Origin: Oscillospiraceae bacterium
Lineage (GTDB): Bacteria > Bacillota > Clostridia > Oscillospirales > Ruminococcaceae
Direction of reading: 5' to 3'
DNA length: 64,000 bases
Assembly: GCA_029007035.1 (NCBI GenBank)
Contig: JAQXHC010000007.1
Coordinates: 874 to 64,873 of the forward strand
This document shows positions 49,445 to 58,325 of this stretch, piece after piece. The notes beneath the pieces were generated by a model that saw only the letters and a program-made list of their open reading frames with translations, did no database searches and was not told the DNA's origin. The translations under genes and the position numbers were made by a program. Every line of letters starts with the position of its first letter. Position 1 is the stretch's first letter.

Positions 49445-50500
49445 TTGGAAAAGCTTGATATTTTAAGCATGACTCTCAGTGAGCTTGAAGCTGCACTTGC
49501 CGCAGAGGGCGAGAAAAAATTCCGTGCGAGACAGATTTTTCAGTGGCTTCATGTTAAAAAAATTTTTGATTTTGACAAAATGACTGATGTTTCTATCCAA
49601 TTAAGGCAGCGCCTGAAAGAAAAATTTTGTATAAATAGACTATTTGTATCAAAAAGACTTGAATCTTCCGCAGACAATACGGTAAAATATCTCTATAGGC
49701 TTTCCGACGGTAATTTTGTCGAGACCGTTCTGATGGACTACAGCTACGGAAAAAGTATCTGTGTTTCGACTCAGGTCGGCTGTAAAATGGGGTGCAGATT
49801 CTGCGCTTCGGCAATTGCAGGCTTTGTCAGAAACCTCAGTCCTTCGGAAATCCTGATGCAGATTTACGAAACCGAACGCGATTCGGGTGTTCGGGTGTCG
49901 GGAGTTGTGCTGATGGGAATCGGTGAGCCGCTTGACAACTACGACAATGTTGTAAAATTTCTCGGACTGCTGTCCGATAAGGACGGCAATAATCTGAGCC
50001 TGCGGCACGTTTCGCTTTCAACCTGCGGAATTGTACCGCGGATATACGATCTGGCAGAGCTTAAACTGGGACTGACCCTTTCAGTCTCTCTTCATTGTGC
50101 GGATAACGACAAAAGAAGTGAAATAATGCCCGTAAACCGTACATATAATATGAACAGTCTTATTGAAGCGTGCAGGAATTACATCTTGCGGACAGGCAGG
50201 AGAGTCACCTTTGAATATGCTGTTATAGACGGTGTTAATTCCTCCGATGCCGATGCGGACAAGCTTGCTTCGCTGCTTCGCGGAATGAACTGTCATGTAA
50301 ATTTAATTCCCGTGAACAAGGTTAAAGAGCGAAGTTACCGTACAGTCCGTGCCGGAGTTGAGGAATTCGCAAAGCATCTTGGCAGACGGGGTATCAATGC
50401 AACCGTGCGGAGAACGCTCGGAAGCGATATAGAAGCGGCGTGCGGTCAGCTCAGACGCGACGCACTCAGCCGCGGTTTGAATGGAGGTGCAGACACTTGA
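49445..50500 (+). CDS. rlmN: dual-specificity RNA methyltransferase RlmN
   Basis: CVSTQVGCKMGCRFC, MGIGEPL, IEAACGQL; TTG start inferred. Confidence 0.95.
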   Translation: MEKLDILSMTLSELEAALAAEGEKKFRARQIFQWLHVKKIFDFDKMTDVSIQLRQRLKEKFCINRLFVSKRLESSADNTVKYLYRLSDGNFVETVLMDYSYGKSICVSTQVGCKMGCRFCASAIAGFVRNLSPSEILMQIYETERDSGVRVSGVVLMGIGEPLDNYDNVVKFLGLLSDKDGNNLSLRHVSLSTCGIVPRIYDLAELKLGLTLSVSLHCADNDKRSEIMPVNRTYNMNSLIEACRNYILRTGRRVTFEYAVIDGVNSSDADADKLASLLRGMNCHVNLIPVNKVKERSYRTVRAGVEEFAKHLGRRGINATVRRTLGSDIEAACGQLRRDALSRGLNGGADT

Positions 50501-51222
50501 GATACAGACAGGCTACCGATATAGGTCTGAAACGCGAGGAAAATCAGGACGCTGTAAGATGTGAATATTTCGGGCATAATCTGCTTGCCGTCGTTTGCGA
50601 CGGAATGGGCGGCGAACGTGCCGGAAGAGAGGCAAGCGCTCTCGCAGTGGAGGAATTTTTTCAGCGTTTTTCGGCAGGATATTCGGAGGGACTGAGCGAT
50701 GACGAAATCAGAAAGCTGCTGACAGCTTCGATGTCTGCAGCCAATTCGGTGATATATACAAAGGCTCGCCTGGGCTTTAAAAATTTCGGAATGGGTACAA
50801 CCTGCGTTGCGGCATTTGTCAACAGCAAAACCGCATTTATAGTAAATGTCGGCGACAGCAGGGCATATCTCATAACCGATACAGGACTTAAACGGATAAC
50901 CTCCGACCATAATTACGCTGCACTGCTTTATGAACAGGGAAAAATCACCGAAGCGGAAATGGAGACTCATCCTCAGAAGCATATGCTGATAAGGGCTGTC
51001 GGAGTTGAAAAAACGGTTCTTACGGATTCGTTTATACTCGATTATAAGGACAAAATCAGTCTGCTGCTCTGTTCCGACGGACTATCGGGATATTGCTGCG
51101 ACGATGAAATATACGATGTGATAAAGAACGCTGATTTTGATAATGTTGCAGATGAATTGATTAAACTTGCGCTCGGTAAGGGCGGCCGCGACAACATTAC
51201 TGTAGCGGTAATTTCAGATTAG
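50497..51222 (+). CDS. PP2C Ser/Thr phosphatase (Stp1/PrpC)
   Basis: REENQD, VCDGMGG, GMGTT, NVGDSR, CSDGL, DNIT. Confidence 0.93.
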   Translation: MRYRQATDIGLKREENQDAVRCEYFGHNLLAVVCDGMGGERAGREASALAVEEFFQRFSAGYSEGLSDDEIRKLLTASMSAANSVIYTKARLGFKNFGMGTTCVAAFVNSKTAFIVNVGDSRAYLITDTGLKRITSDHNYAALLYEQGKITEAEMETHPQKHMLIRAVGVEKTVLTDSFILDYKDKISLLLCSDGLSGYCCDDEIYDVIKNADFDNVADELIKLALGKGGRDNITVAVISD

Positions 51223-51238
51223 TTCAGGGGGAAAGACG

Positions 51239-53527
51239 ATGGACAAAAACATAGGAAAGAAGCTTGACGGACGATATGAAATAACCGAGCTTATCGGCGT
51301 CGGAGGAATGGCAGATGTCTATAAGGGCGTCGACATCATCGATAATAAGCAGGTCGCAATAAAGATTCTGAAAAAGGAATATGCTGAGAACGAGGAGTTT
51401 CTGCGCCGTTTCCGCAATGAATCAAAGGCGATTGCTGTCCTTTCGCATCCGAATATCGTAAGGATCTATGATGTCGGTTTTTCGGAAAAAATTCAGTATA
51501 TTATAATGGAGTATATCGACGGCATTACGCTTAAGGAGTATATTGAGGAGGAGCAGGTTCTTACATGGAAAGACACCGTTCACTTCATCATTCAGATTCT
51601 CCGCGCACTTCAGCACGCCCATGACAAGGGAATTGTTCACCGTGATATAAAGCCGCAGAATATAATGATGTTTACTGACGGCACTATAAAGGTCATGGAT
51701 TTCGGAATCGCCAAATTTGCCCGTGACGAGGGAAAAACAGCTACCGACCAGGCTATCGGAAGCGTTCATTATATCAGTCCCGAGCAGGCAAAGGGCGACG
51801 TTACCGATGCAAAAAGCGATATTTATTCCGTCGGCGCAATGATGTATGAGATGCTTACGGGAAAAAAGCCTTTCGACAGCGACAATCCTGTGTCTATCGC
51901 CGTTATGCATATGCATGATATTCCCGTGCGTCCAAGGACTATAAACCCTGAAATTCCGTGCGGACTTGAAGAAATCGTACTCAGGGCAATGGAGAAAGAC
52001 CCTGCTGACAGATATCAGTCCACAACCGAAATGATTGCCGATATAGATGCGTTCAAGGAGAATCCCGAAATAACTTTCGGTTATTATTCCGAAAACGGAG
52101 ACGACGGTGACAATACTAAATTTTTCGACGCTGTAAGCGACGGTCAGTCGGATGAAAACCATGAATACAGCAGTGAAGAGGGCGAACCATCAGCTGCGGA
52201 TATGCTCTACGGCGGTGAAAAAGCTCAGTATGCTCCGGCTTATGATGACGACGAAGCGGACTACGATGACGATGATGACGAAGAAGAGGAAGAACGCAGC
52301 TCGCTTGTCGTTCCTGTGCTGACAGCAGCGGTTGTTGTTGTTATTATTGTTGCTGTAATCTTCGTGGCTTCTCTTGTAAAGGGCTTCATCACCGGCGACG
52401 ACCGCAAAGGCGATTTCAAGATGCCCGACTTCCACGGAATAGACTATAACACAGCTGTAAGCGAATACGGAAACAATATCAAGTTCCAGATAAAAGAGGA
52501 AATCTATTCAGCCGATGTTGATTCTGGCTGCATCATAGATCAGGATATTGAGCCGGGTACGGCGTTCAAGAAGGGCGATGTGCTCAACGTAACGGTAAGC
52601 CGTGGTATGGAAACTGTCGTTATTCCGAGCAATCTTGCCAATATGAATGCAGAGCTTGCAAGAGCTCAGCTTAAAGAGCTTGGACTGAACTGCGAGCTGA
52701 AAAACTATTCCAGCAGCGAGGTCGAAGAGGGCAATGTAATCAAAACCGAGCCTGAAATGGGCTCTGAGGTTGCCAAGAATTCAACGATAATTCTCTACGT
52801 CAGCATGGGCGTTGACCGTGAGCAGTTTGAACTTGAGGACTTCACGGGTAAAACAATTGATGAGGCTACGACAGTTGCGGAATATATGGGACTGATAGTG
52901 CTCGAACCGGAGGTGGGTCCGTCCTATGAGGAGGAAGGAATCGTATTCGGTCAGAGTATCGAACCCGGTACAACCGTCGAGACAGGTACGGAAATCCGTT
53001 TCCAGGTCAGCAGCGGAGTGCTTCCCGAGGGCGAGATTCCTATGAAGATCACGTTCCCGGCAAACGCATACGGAAGATTCGTGATTGACTATTTCGTCAC
53101 AAACGAGGACGGTTCAAGAAATACTGTTACAAGTCAGATATTTATGCCTCAGGTTGACAGCTCGGTATCGACTCTGATTGCAGGAGCAGGTCAGAAGGTG
53201 ACCGTCAAGGCGGTTCTCTCGAACCTGAATAATAACAAGAGCTGCACAATCGGCGAATATGTGCTCAATTTTGCGGATAATAACGTGAAGACGCTCAGCG
53301 AGGATATAAATGGCGCATTTTTATCGGTTGACGGAATTTATGTTGAGCCTACTGAAGCTCCGACCGAGCCGCCTACACAAGCTCCTCCTCAGCCGACAAA
53401 TCCGCCTGCACCGGTAACCGATCCGCCTACACAGCCTCCGACACAGGCACCTACAGAGGCTCAGACACCCTCACAGAATCCCGTTGTAACACTGCCTAAT
53501 CACGATCAGGACAACGAGGCGGCCTGA
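51239..53527 (+). CDS. pknB: PASTA-domain Ser/Thr kinase (PknB/PrkC)
   Basis: IGVGGMADVY, HRDIKPQN, DFGIA, TM helix, about 3 PASTA repeats, Pro/Thr tail. Confidence 0.95.
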   Translation: MDKNIGKKLDGRYEITELIGVGGMADVYKGVDIIDNKQVAIKILKKEYAENEEFLRRFRNESKAIAVLSHPNIVRIYDVGFSEKIQYIIMEYIDGITLKEYIEEEQVLTWKDTVHFIIQILRALQHAHDKGIVHRDIKPQNIMMFTDGTIKVMDFGIAKFARDEGKTATDQAIGSVHYISPEQAKGDVTDAKSDIYSVGAMMYEMLTGKKPFDSDNPVSIAVMHMHDIPVRPRTINPEIPCGLEEIVLRAMEKDPADRYQSTTEMIADIDAFKENPEITFGYYSENGDDGDNTKFFDAVSDGQSDENHEYSSEEGEPSAADMLYGGEKAQYAPAYDDDEADYDDDDDEEEEERSSLVVPVLTAAVVVVIIVAVIFVASLVKGFITGDDRKGDFKMPDFHGIDYNTAVSEYGNNIKFQIKEEIYSADVDSGCIIDQDIEPGTAFKKGDVLNVTVSRGMETVVIPSNLANMNAELARAQLKELGLNCELKNYSSSEVEEGNVIKTEPEMGSEVAKNSTIILYVSMGVDREQFELEDFTGKTIDEATTVAEYMGLIVLEPEVGPSYEEEGIVFGQSIEPGTTVETGTEIRFQVSSGVLPEGEIPMKITFPANAYGRFVIDYFVTNEDGSRNTVTSQIFMPQVDSSVSTLIAGAGQKVTVKAVLSNLNNNKSCTIGEYVLNFADNNVKTLSEDINGAFLSVDGIYVEPTEAPTEPPTQAPPQPTNPPAPVTDPPTQPPTQAPTEAQTPSQNPVVTLPNHDQDNEAA

Positions 53528-54414
53528 TGAGCAAAGATAACAATTTAACAAGAACAGGCATAATAACCAAATGCTTAGGGGGACTCTACACGCTGGAGTC
53601 CCCCGACGGCGTATTCGAGTGCCGTGCAAGGGGCGTATTCCGCAGCAAGGGGGAGTTCCTGTATACGGGAGATTATGCCGAGTTTTCAGATGGAGTTATT
53701 ACGAAAATCCTTCCGAGAAAAAACTGTATAATAAGACCGCCCCTCGCCAATCTTGATTTGCTGGTGTTTGTAGTCTCAACCTGCGAGCCTGCGCCGAATT
53801 ACCTGATTCTTGATAAGTTTATCGCGATTGCGGAGTATAAGCGGATAACGCCTGTAATTGTGATAACAAAGGTTGATCTGGCTGACAGCCGCGAAATAGA
53901 GCGTATTTACGGCGGGATCGGTATAACTGTACTGAGGGCGGACTACAGCTCTCCCGATTCGGCTTCGGAGATAAGGAAGCTGCTTTCCGGGAAAATAAGC
54001 GCATTCACAGGCAATTCGGGAGCAGGCAAGTCGACTCTGCTAAATGCGGTTGACCCGACGCTGAATATACCTACTGCGGAAATAAGCAAAAAGCTCGGAC
54101 GCGGACGCCATACAACGCGTCACGCGGAGCTTTACAGACTTGCGGAGGGCGGATATATCGCTGATACTCCGGGATTTTCGACCTTTGAGACGAATAAATA
54201 CGATATTATCCGAAAAGAAGAACTTGCAGGGTGTTTTCGTGAATTTGCGGATTACACAGATAAATGCCGTTTCAAGGACTGCTCCCACACCTGCGAAAAA
54301 GGATGTGCAGTGGTAGAGGCGGCAGAGAACGGAGAGGTCTGCAAAAGCCGTCATGAAAGCTACTGCTCGATGTACAGCGAAGCAAGGCAGATTAAGGAGT
54401 GGGAGCTGAAGTGA
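53527..54414 (+). CDS. rsgA: ribosome small subunit GTPase
   Basis: TKVD, GNSGAGKST, GRHTT, DTPGF, CRFKDCSH. Confidence 0.95.
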   Translation: MSKDNNLTRTGIITKCLGGLYTLESPDGVFECRARGVFRSKGEFLYTGDYAEFSDGVITKILPRKNCIIRPPLANLDLLVFVVSTCEPAPNYLILDKFIAIAEYKRITPVIVITKVDLADSREIERIYGGIGITVLRADYSSPDSASEIRKLLSGKISAFTGNSGAGKSTLLNAVDPTLNIPTAEISKKLGRGRHTTRHAELYRLAEGGYIADTPGFSTFETNKYDIIRKEELAGCFREFADYTDKCRFKDCSHTCEKGCAVVEAAENGEVCKSRHESYCSMYSEARQIKEWELK

Positions 54415-55031
54415 ATTTATGGCATGTTTTTTCCGGCGGCGAGCTTAAAGATGCCGGATTTATAAAAATATCCGCAGCCGACACGGTGATCTGTGCCGAC
54501 AGCGGACTTGTTCATGCGGAAAAATCCGGTATTTCCCCTGATATAGTCATCGGGGATTTCGATTCTTATAGCGGAATCCTGCCTGAAAATGCAGAGATAA
54601 TCCGCTCTGTACCGGAAAAGGACGATTCCGATACGATGCTTGCGGTTAAAACGGCTATCGAACGGGGTGCGGAGGAAATCCGCATATACGGAGCACTGGG
54701 AGGTCGATTTGACCACGCATTTGCCAACGTTCAGACGCTTAAATATGCTATGGACAGAGGCTGCAGGGCTGTTCTGGCTGATTCAGAGAACGAGATTATG
54801 CTTGCAGGAGCAGGAAATCATAGGTTTCAGCGCCGTGAAGAAAGTTATTTTTCCGTGTTTTCCTATAGTGAACAGTTGAATGTTGTCCGTCTGAGCGGAG
54901 TGAAGTATCCCCTTGAGAACAGGGTACTGACCGCTTCGTTTCCGCTTGGGCTGAGCAACGAGATTACCGGAGCTTATGCAGAGCTTGAAATCGGCTATGG
55001 AACTGCACTGATAATATTTTCTAAAAAGTAA
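54411..55031 (+). CDS. thiN: thiamine pyrophosphokinase
   Basis: CADSG, IGDFDS, EKDDSD, GALGGRFDH, GLSNE. Confidence 0.92.
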   Translation: MNLWHVFSGGELKDAGFIKISAADTVICADSGLVHAEKSGISPDIVIGDFDSYSGILPENAEIIRSVPEKDDSDTMLAVKTAIERGAEEIRIYGALGGRFDHAFANVQTLKYAMDRGCRAVLADSENEIMLAGAGNHRFQRREESYFSVFSYSEQLNVVRLSGVKYPLENRVLTASFPLGLSNEITGAYAELEIGYGTALIIFSKK

Positions 55032-55089
55032 TCACACAAAATCCTCTTCGGAATATAATGTAGTAAACAGCCGAAAAGGAGGTACATAC

Positions 55090-55170
55090 ATGAAAATAGT
55101 TGTGATTAAAAGTCCAAAGGCTCTTTCAGGGCTTTTTAGGGTGATTTTCGGGATAAAGCGTGAGGACTGA
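55090..55170 (+). CDS. spoVM: stage V sporulation protein M (26 aa)
   Basis: Not in ORF track. SD AAGGAGG; MKIVVIKSPKALSGLFRVIFGIKRED with Pro9; canonical position after thiN. Confidence 0.85.
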   Translation: MKIVVIKSPKALSGLFRVIFGIKRED

Positions 55171-55285
55171 AGCAATAAGCTCGTGCGGCAATTGGCTGCA
55201 CGAGTAATTGTTTTATACAGTGAAAATCCTCTGTTAAGCCGGAAATGTATAACAAAAAAGGACTTCTGCAATATGCAAAAGTCCT

Positions 55286-55362
55286 TGGCGTGCCTGGAGG
55301 GATTCGAACCCCCGACCTACTGGTTCGTAGCCAGTCACTCTATCCAGCTGAGCTACAGGCAC
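55286..55362 (-). tRNA. tRNA-Arg(ACG)
   Basis: Cloverleaf GTGCCTG...CAGGCAC-G-CCA; anticodon loop CT-ACG-AA; TTGACA-17-TATAAT upstream on the minus strand. Confidence 0.96.
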
Positions 55363-55558
55363 ATCTCAAATTACCTATATATTATATCATGACCCGCCGA
55401 AAATGTCAAGCTTTTCTTTCATGACTTTATAAAATTGTTGCTGATTACCAAAAAAAACAGATAAAATGCAAATGAATATGACGTTATGTATATTTTTGCT
55501 GAATCGGTAAATTTGTCCTTGACTTTTTTTCTCGTTTCTGTTATAATAAATTTGTTGT

Positions 55559-55634
55559 GAGACATTAGCTCAGCCGGTAGAGCATACGCCTTTTAAGCGT
55601 AGGGTCGAGGGTTCAAATCCCTCATGTCTCACCA
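55559..55634 (+). tRNA. tRNA-Lys(TTT)
   Basis: GAGACAT...ATGTCTC-A-CCA; anticodon arm TACGC-CTTTTAA-GCGTA; T-loop GTTCAAATC. Confidence 0.96.
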
Positions 55635-55756
55635 TGGAAATGTGCCGATATTCAGTTAAACGACTGCATATCGGCTTTTCTTTTTGCAAGTAATTGTTTT
55701 CATAAACAGAAACAGCACAGCTTTTGTAATAATAACAAAGGCTGTGCTGTAATTTT

Positions 55757-57103
55757 TTATTCGGCTGAGGAATTTTTTCTGAACTTTGCTTTCTGACCGA
55801 AATTAAGGGATATAGTAAATATTTTATCCGACTTGAAAAGTCTGAGTGCAAAGAACATACATACAAGGAAAACGATAGTCTGATAAATAATTCCGCAGAA
55901 GAAAAGCATATCGTTGCCGAACATAAGATTCGGTATTGACGAGAATGTGTGAGTAAAGGGAATTGCATACACAGCAATTCTTGCGGCAAGAGGCAGGGAG
56001 TTGATATCTGTCAGCATTGAAATAAGATATGGCACCATTGCAAGCATAAGAATGGGCGTTATCATATTCTGTGAGGATTTTGTATCATTGACAAGTGCTC
56101 CGAGAATCAATGAAACTGAAAGACAAATCATAATCGTAAGGAACAGCTGTACACCTACAAGTAAGTAGTCAACAGGTGTAAGAGTAAGTCCCAGCTGAGC
56201 AAGAGCCGATTCTACGGAAATAAAATCTCCTACAGCCGGAGTGGTGACCTCCTCTGTAACACCGTCCATAGTACCTGAAATGAAAACCGAGAAGCCCATC
56301 ATATATACTGCGGCGTTCAGCAGTGCCACAACAGCCGCAGCAAGCATTTTTGCGCTTATTACAGCTGTTCTTGAAATAGGCGTTGAAAGCAGCGTTTCAA
56401 GAGTTTTATCGATTTTTTCATTGGAAATTGCGCTGATAAGCATCTGAGAGGTCATCATAATAAGCACGAAAACTACAATCGGTAGAATCATATTCTGCAT
56501 CATGACCTTTCCCATTATGGTATCCATTGAAATGGCGGCAGATTTATCAGCAACTACTGTTTTCTCCGAAACGCTTACAGGAGAGTTGAGCCTTTCGAGC
56601 TGTTCGGCGGAAATGCCGTCACGCTTTGCAAGAATATCCCTCATGCACTGATTTATTGCGGAAATGCCGCTGCTGTTGCTGTTTGAGATGTTCGACAGCG
56701 AAGCAGCCGAGCTCATTGCAGAAACGCTGATAAGCTCCGTATCCTTTTTGCCGTTCAGAATGGAGTCAGTAAAGCCTTCGGGAATGACAATAATATTCTT
56801 TAGTTCATTTTTGCTCAGAAATTCCGGATACTCACCTTTGCTGCATAATTCGTCGTTGTAAAGCTTAACTTTGACATTGTTTTCTTTAAGGGAGGCAATA
56901 AGCTCCTCAGTCAGCTCCGTATTGTCGTTGTCAGCAAGATTAATAGTGTACAGTGACTGGTCCATAGCTTCACTGACAGTAGTTTTCATAATATTTCCCA
57001 CAAACATTAGAATTATCATCATAACAGCAAGACCGATTATCATTTGTTTGTTGATAAGCTCACCAAGCTCTTTCTTTAAAAGATTAAAGAATTTCATTTT
57101 CAT
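55757..57103 (-). CDS. ABC-2 exporter permease (NatB-like)
   Basis: LLKKEL, large extracellular loop, EKIDKTLETLLSTP, about 6 TM helices. Confidence 0.87.
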   Translation of the reverse strand: MKMKFFNLLKKELGELINKQMIIGLAVMMIILMFVGNIMKTTVSEAMDQSLYTINLADNDNTELTEELIASLKENNVKVKLYNDELCSKGEYPEFLSKNELKNIIVIPEGFTDSILNGKKDTELISVSAMSSAASLSNISNSNSSGISAINQCMRDILAKRDGISAEQLERLNSPVSVSEKTVVADKSAAISMDTIMGKVMMQNMILPIVVFVLIMMTSQMLISAISNEKIDKTLETLLSTPISRTAVISAKMLAAAVVALLNAAVYMMGFSVFISGTMDGVTEEVTTPAVGDFISVESALAQLGLTLTPVDYLLVGVQLFLTIMICLSVSLILGALVNDTKSSQNMITPILMLAMVPYLISMLTDINSLPLAARIAVYAIPFTHTFSSIPNLMFGNDMLFFCGIIYQTIVFLVCMFFALRLFKSDKIFTISLNFGQKAKFRKNSSAE

Positions 57104-57824
57104 TCACCACCCTTTCAAAGACTTCCTCAAGATTAGCAGCGTTGTAACGTTCTTTAAGCTCCTGAGTACCGCCTGTGACCATTAAATGTCCCTTTGAGAT
57201 TATACCAACTCTGTCGGAGACAAATTCAATTTCCAGCATATTGTGGGAGGAAAGCAGGAATGACATTTTTTCTTCATGGGCAAGCTTCTTTATCATTTTG
57301 CGTATTTCAAGGGCATTTATAACATCAAGTCCGCTGGTCGGCTCGTCAAGAATGGCAAGCTTTGGTTTCGTCATAACAGCTCTTGAAAGGAGCAGCTTTC
57401 TTATCATTCCTCGGCTGTATGTGCCGATTTTGTCATTCAGTCTGTCACCAAGACCGCACATCTCCGAAGCACGCTGTACGCAGGCATTGATTTGATTTGT
57501 GTCACTGGTGAAAAGTCCTGCCATAAATTTAAGGTAGCTTTTTCCGGTCATGGTCTTATATGCACCGGCTTCATCGGGAAGATATGTAATGCACTCCCTT
57601 ACCTTTTCGGGATTTTTCAGCACGCTGTGTCCGGCGACAACAGCGTCTCCGGCAGTTGGCATAAGAAGCGTTGATATCATGCGTATTGTAGTAGTTTTTC
57701 CGGCACCGTTAGGGCCTATCAAAGCGAATATTTCACCCTCGTTTATGTCGAAGGAGACCTTATTTGCCGCAAGCACTTTTGTGTACTGCTTTGAAAGCTC
57801 CTTTACTTCGAGAATTTTTTCCAA
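57084..57824 (-). CDS. ABC exporter ATPase (NatA-like)
   Basis: GPNGAGKTT, YSRGM, LDEPTSGLD; TTG start after AAGGAG. Confidence 0.9.
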   Translation of the reverse strand: MEKILEVKELSKQYTKVLAANKVSFDINEGEIFALIGPNGAGKTTTIRMISTLLMPTAGDAVVAGHSVLKNPEKVRECITYLPDEAGAYKTMTGKSYLKFMAGLFTSDTNQINACVQRASEMCGLGDRLNDKIGTYSRGMIRKLLLSRAVMTKPKLAILDEPTSGLDVINALEIRKMIKKLAHEEKMSFLLSSHNMLEIEFVSDRVGIISKGHLMVTGGTQELKERYNAANLEEVFERVVNENEIL

Positions 57825-57973
57825 AGTTAAATTGCTCCTTTCAGATATTGTATTATCAAATATTGACAATGTATAAATAATATCATATAATTATCGTTTT
57901 GTCAAGGAGCGTTACTTATACTAATTCCTCAACAACCTGATGAAAATTTTGCCAGACATCAGATTATCAGCAG

Positions 57974-58002
57974 TTGACATAATCGGGCGAATTTGGTATA
58001 AT
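57974..58002 (+). promoter_or_regulatory. sigmaA promoter upstream of the sugar ABC cluster
   Basis: TTGACA-17 nt-TATAAT with an extended -10 TG. Confidence 0.75.
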
Positions 58003-58144
58003 TGCTAATGAAGTTTTGTGCAGTTCGGCAAGGCTTATGTCATGGAAATCAATTAAATATTGATAATTACTTCGTCGGGCAAGCCGAGGGGAGCAATGCT
58101 GGAGTGTCCGTAAATCATCGCTGCGCTTGATTTACTGCTTTGTC

Positions 58145-58287
58145 AGGGGGACACCGCTCCTAACGGTCGCCCGTACCCTCTGTCACTTTGTGACATCTCC
58201 CTACACTGTAGGGAGTCACCCCTCGTTCACCCCCTGCCAAAGGGTTAATAAACCCTTTGGAATCCCACTCCTTGCGGCTTCGCCGCT
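58145..58287. repeat. REP-like palindromic element, copy 1 (composite)
   Basis: AGGGGGAC...ACCCCCTGCCAAAGGG-loop-CCCTTTGGAATCCCAC, shared with 63143-63201. Confidence 0.7.
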
Positions 58288-58325
58288 ATTTATATATATC
58301 TATGCTTAACAGCAGAAAGGGCGGT

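Noticed and set aside
43328-55031. coaBC absent between rpoZ and priA, and rpe absent between rsgA and thiN
   Set aside because: The junctions are clean with no remnants, and relocation of these genes is common. Loss cannot be claimed from one window.
55286-55760. tRNA pair as the integration site of an island
   Set aside because: No integrase, and I saw no duplicated tRNA 3' end within the window.
58008-58130. 40-codon ORF starting near the predicted TSS (possible leaderless uORF)
   Set aside because: No compositional or motif support, and it runs through palindromic repeat-like sequence; probably chance.
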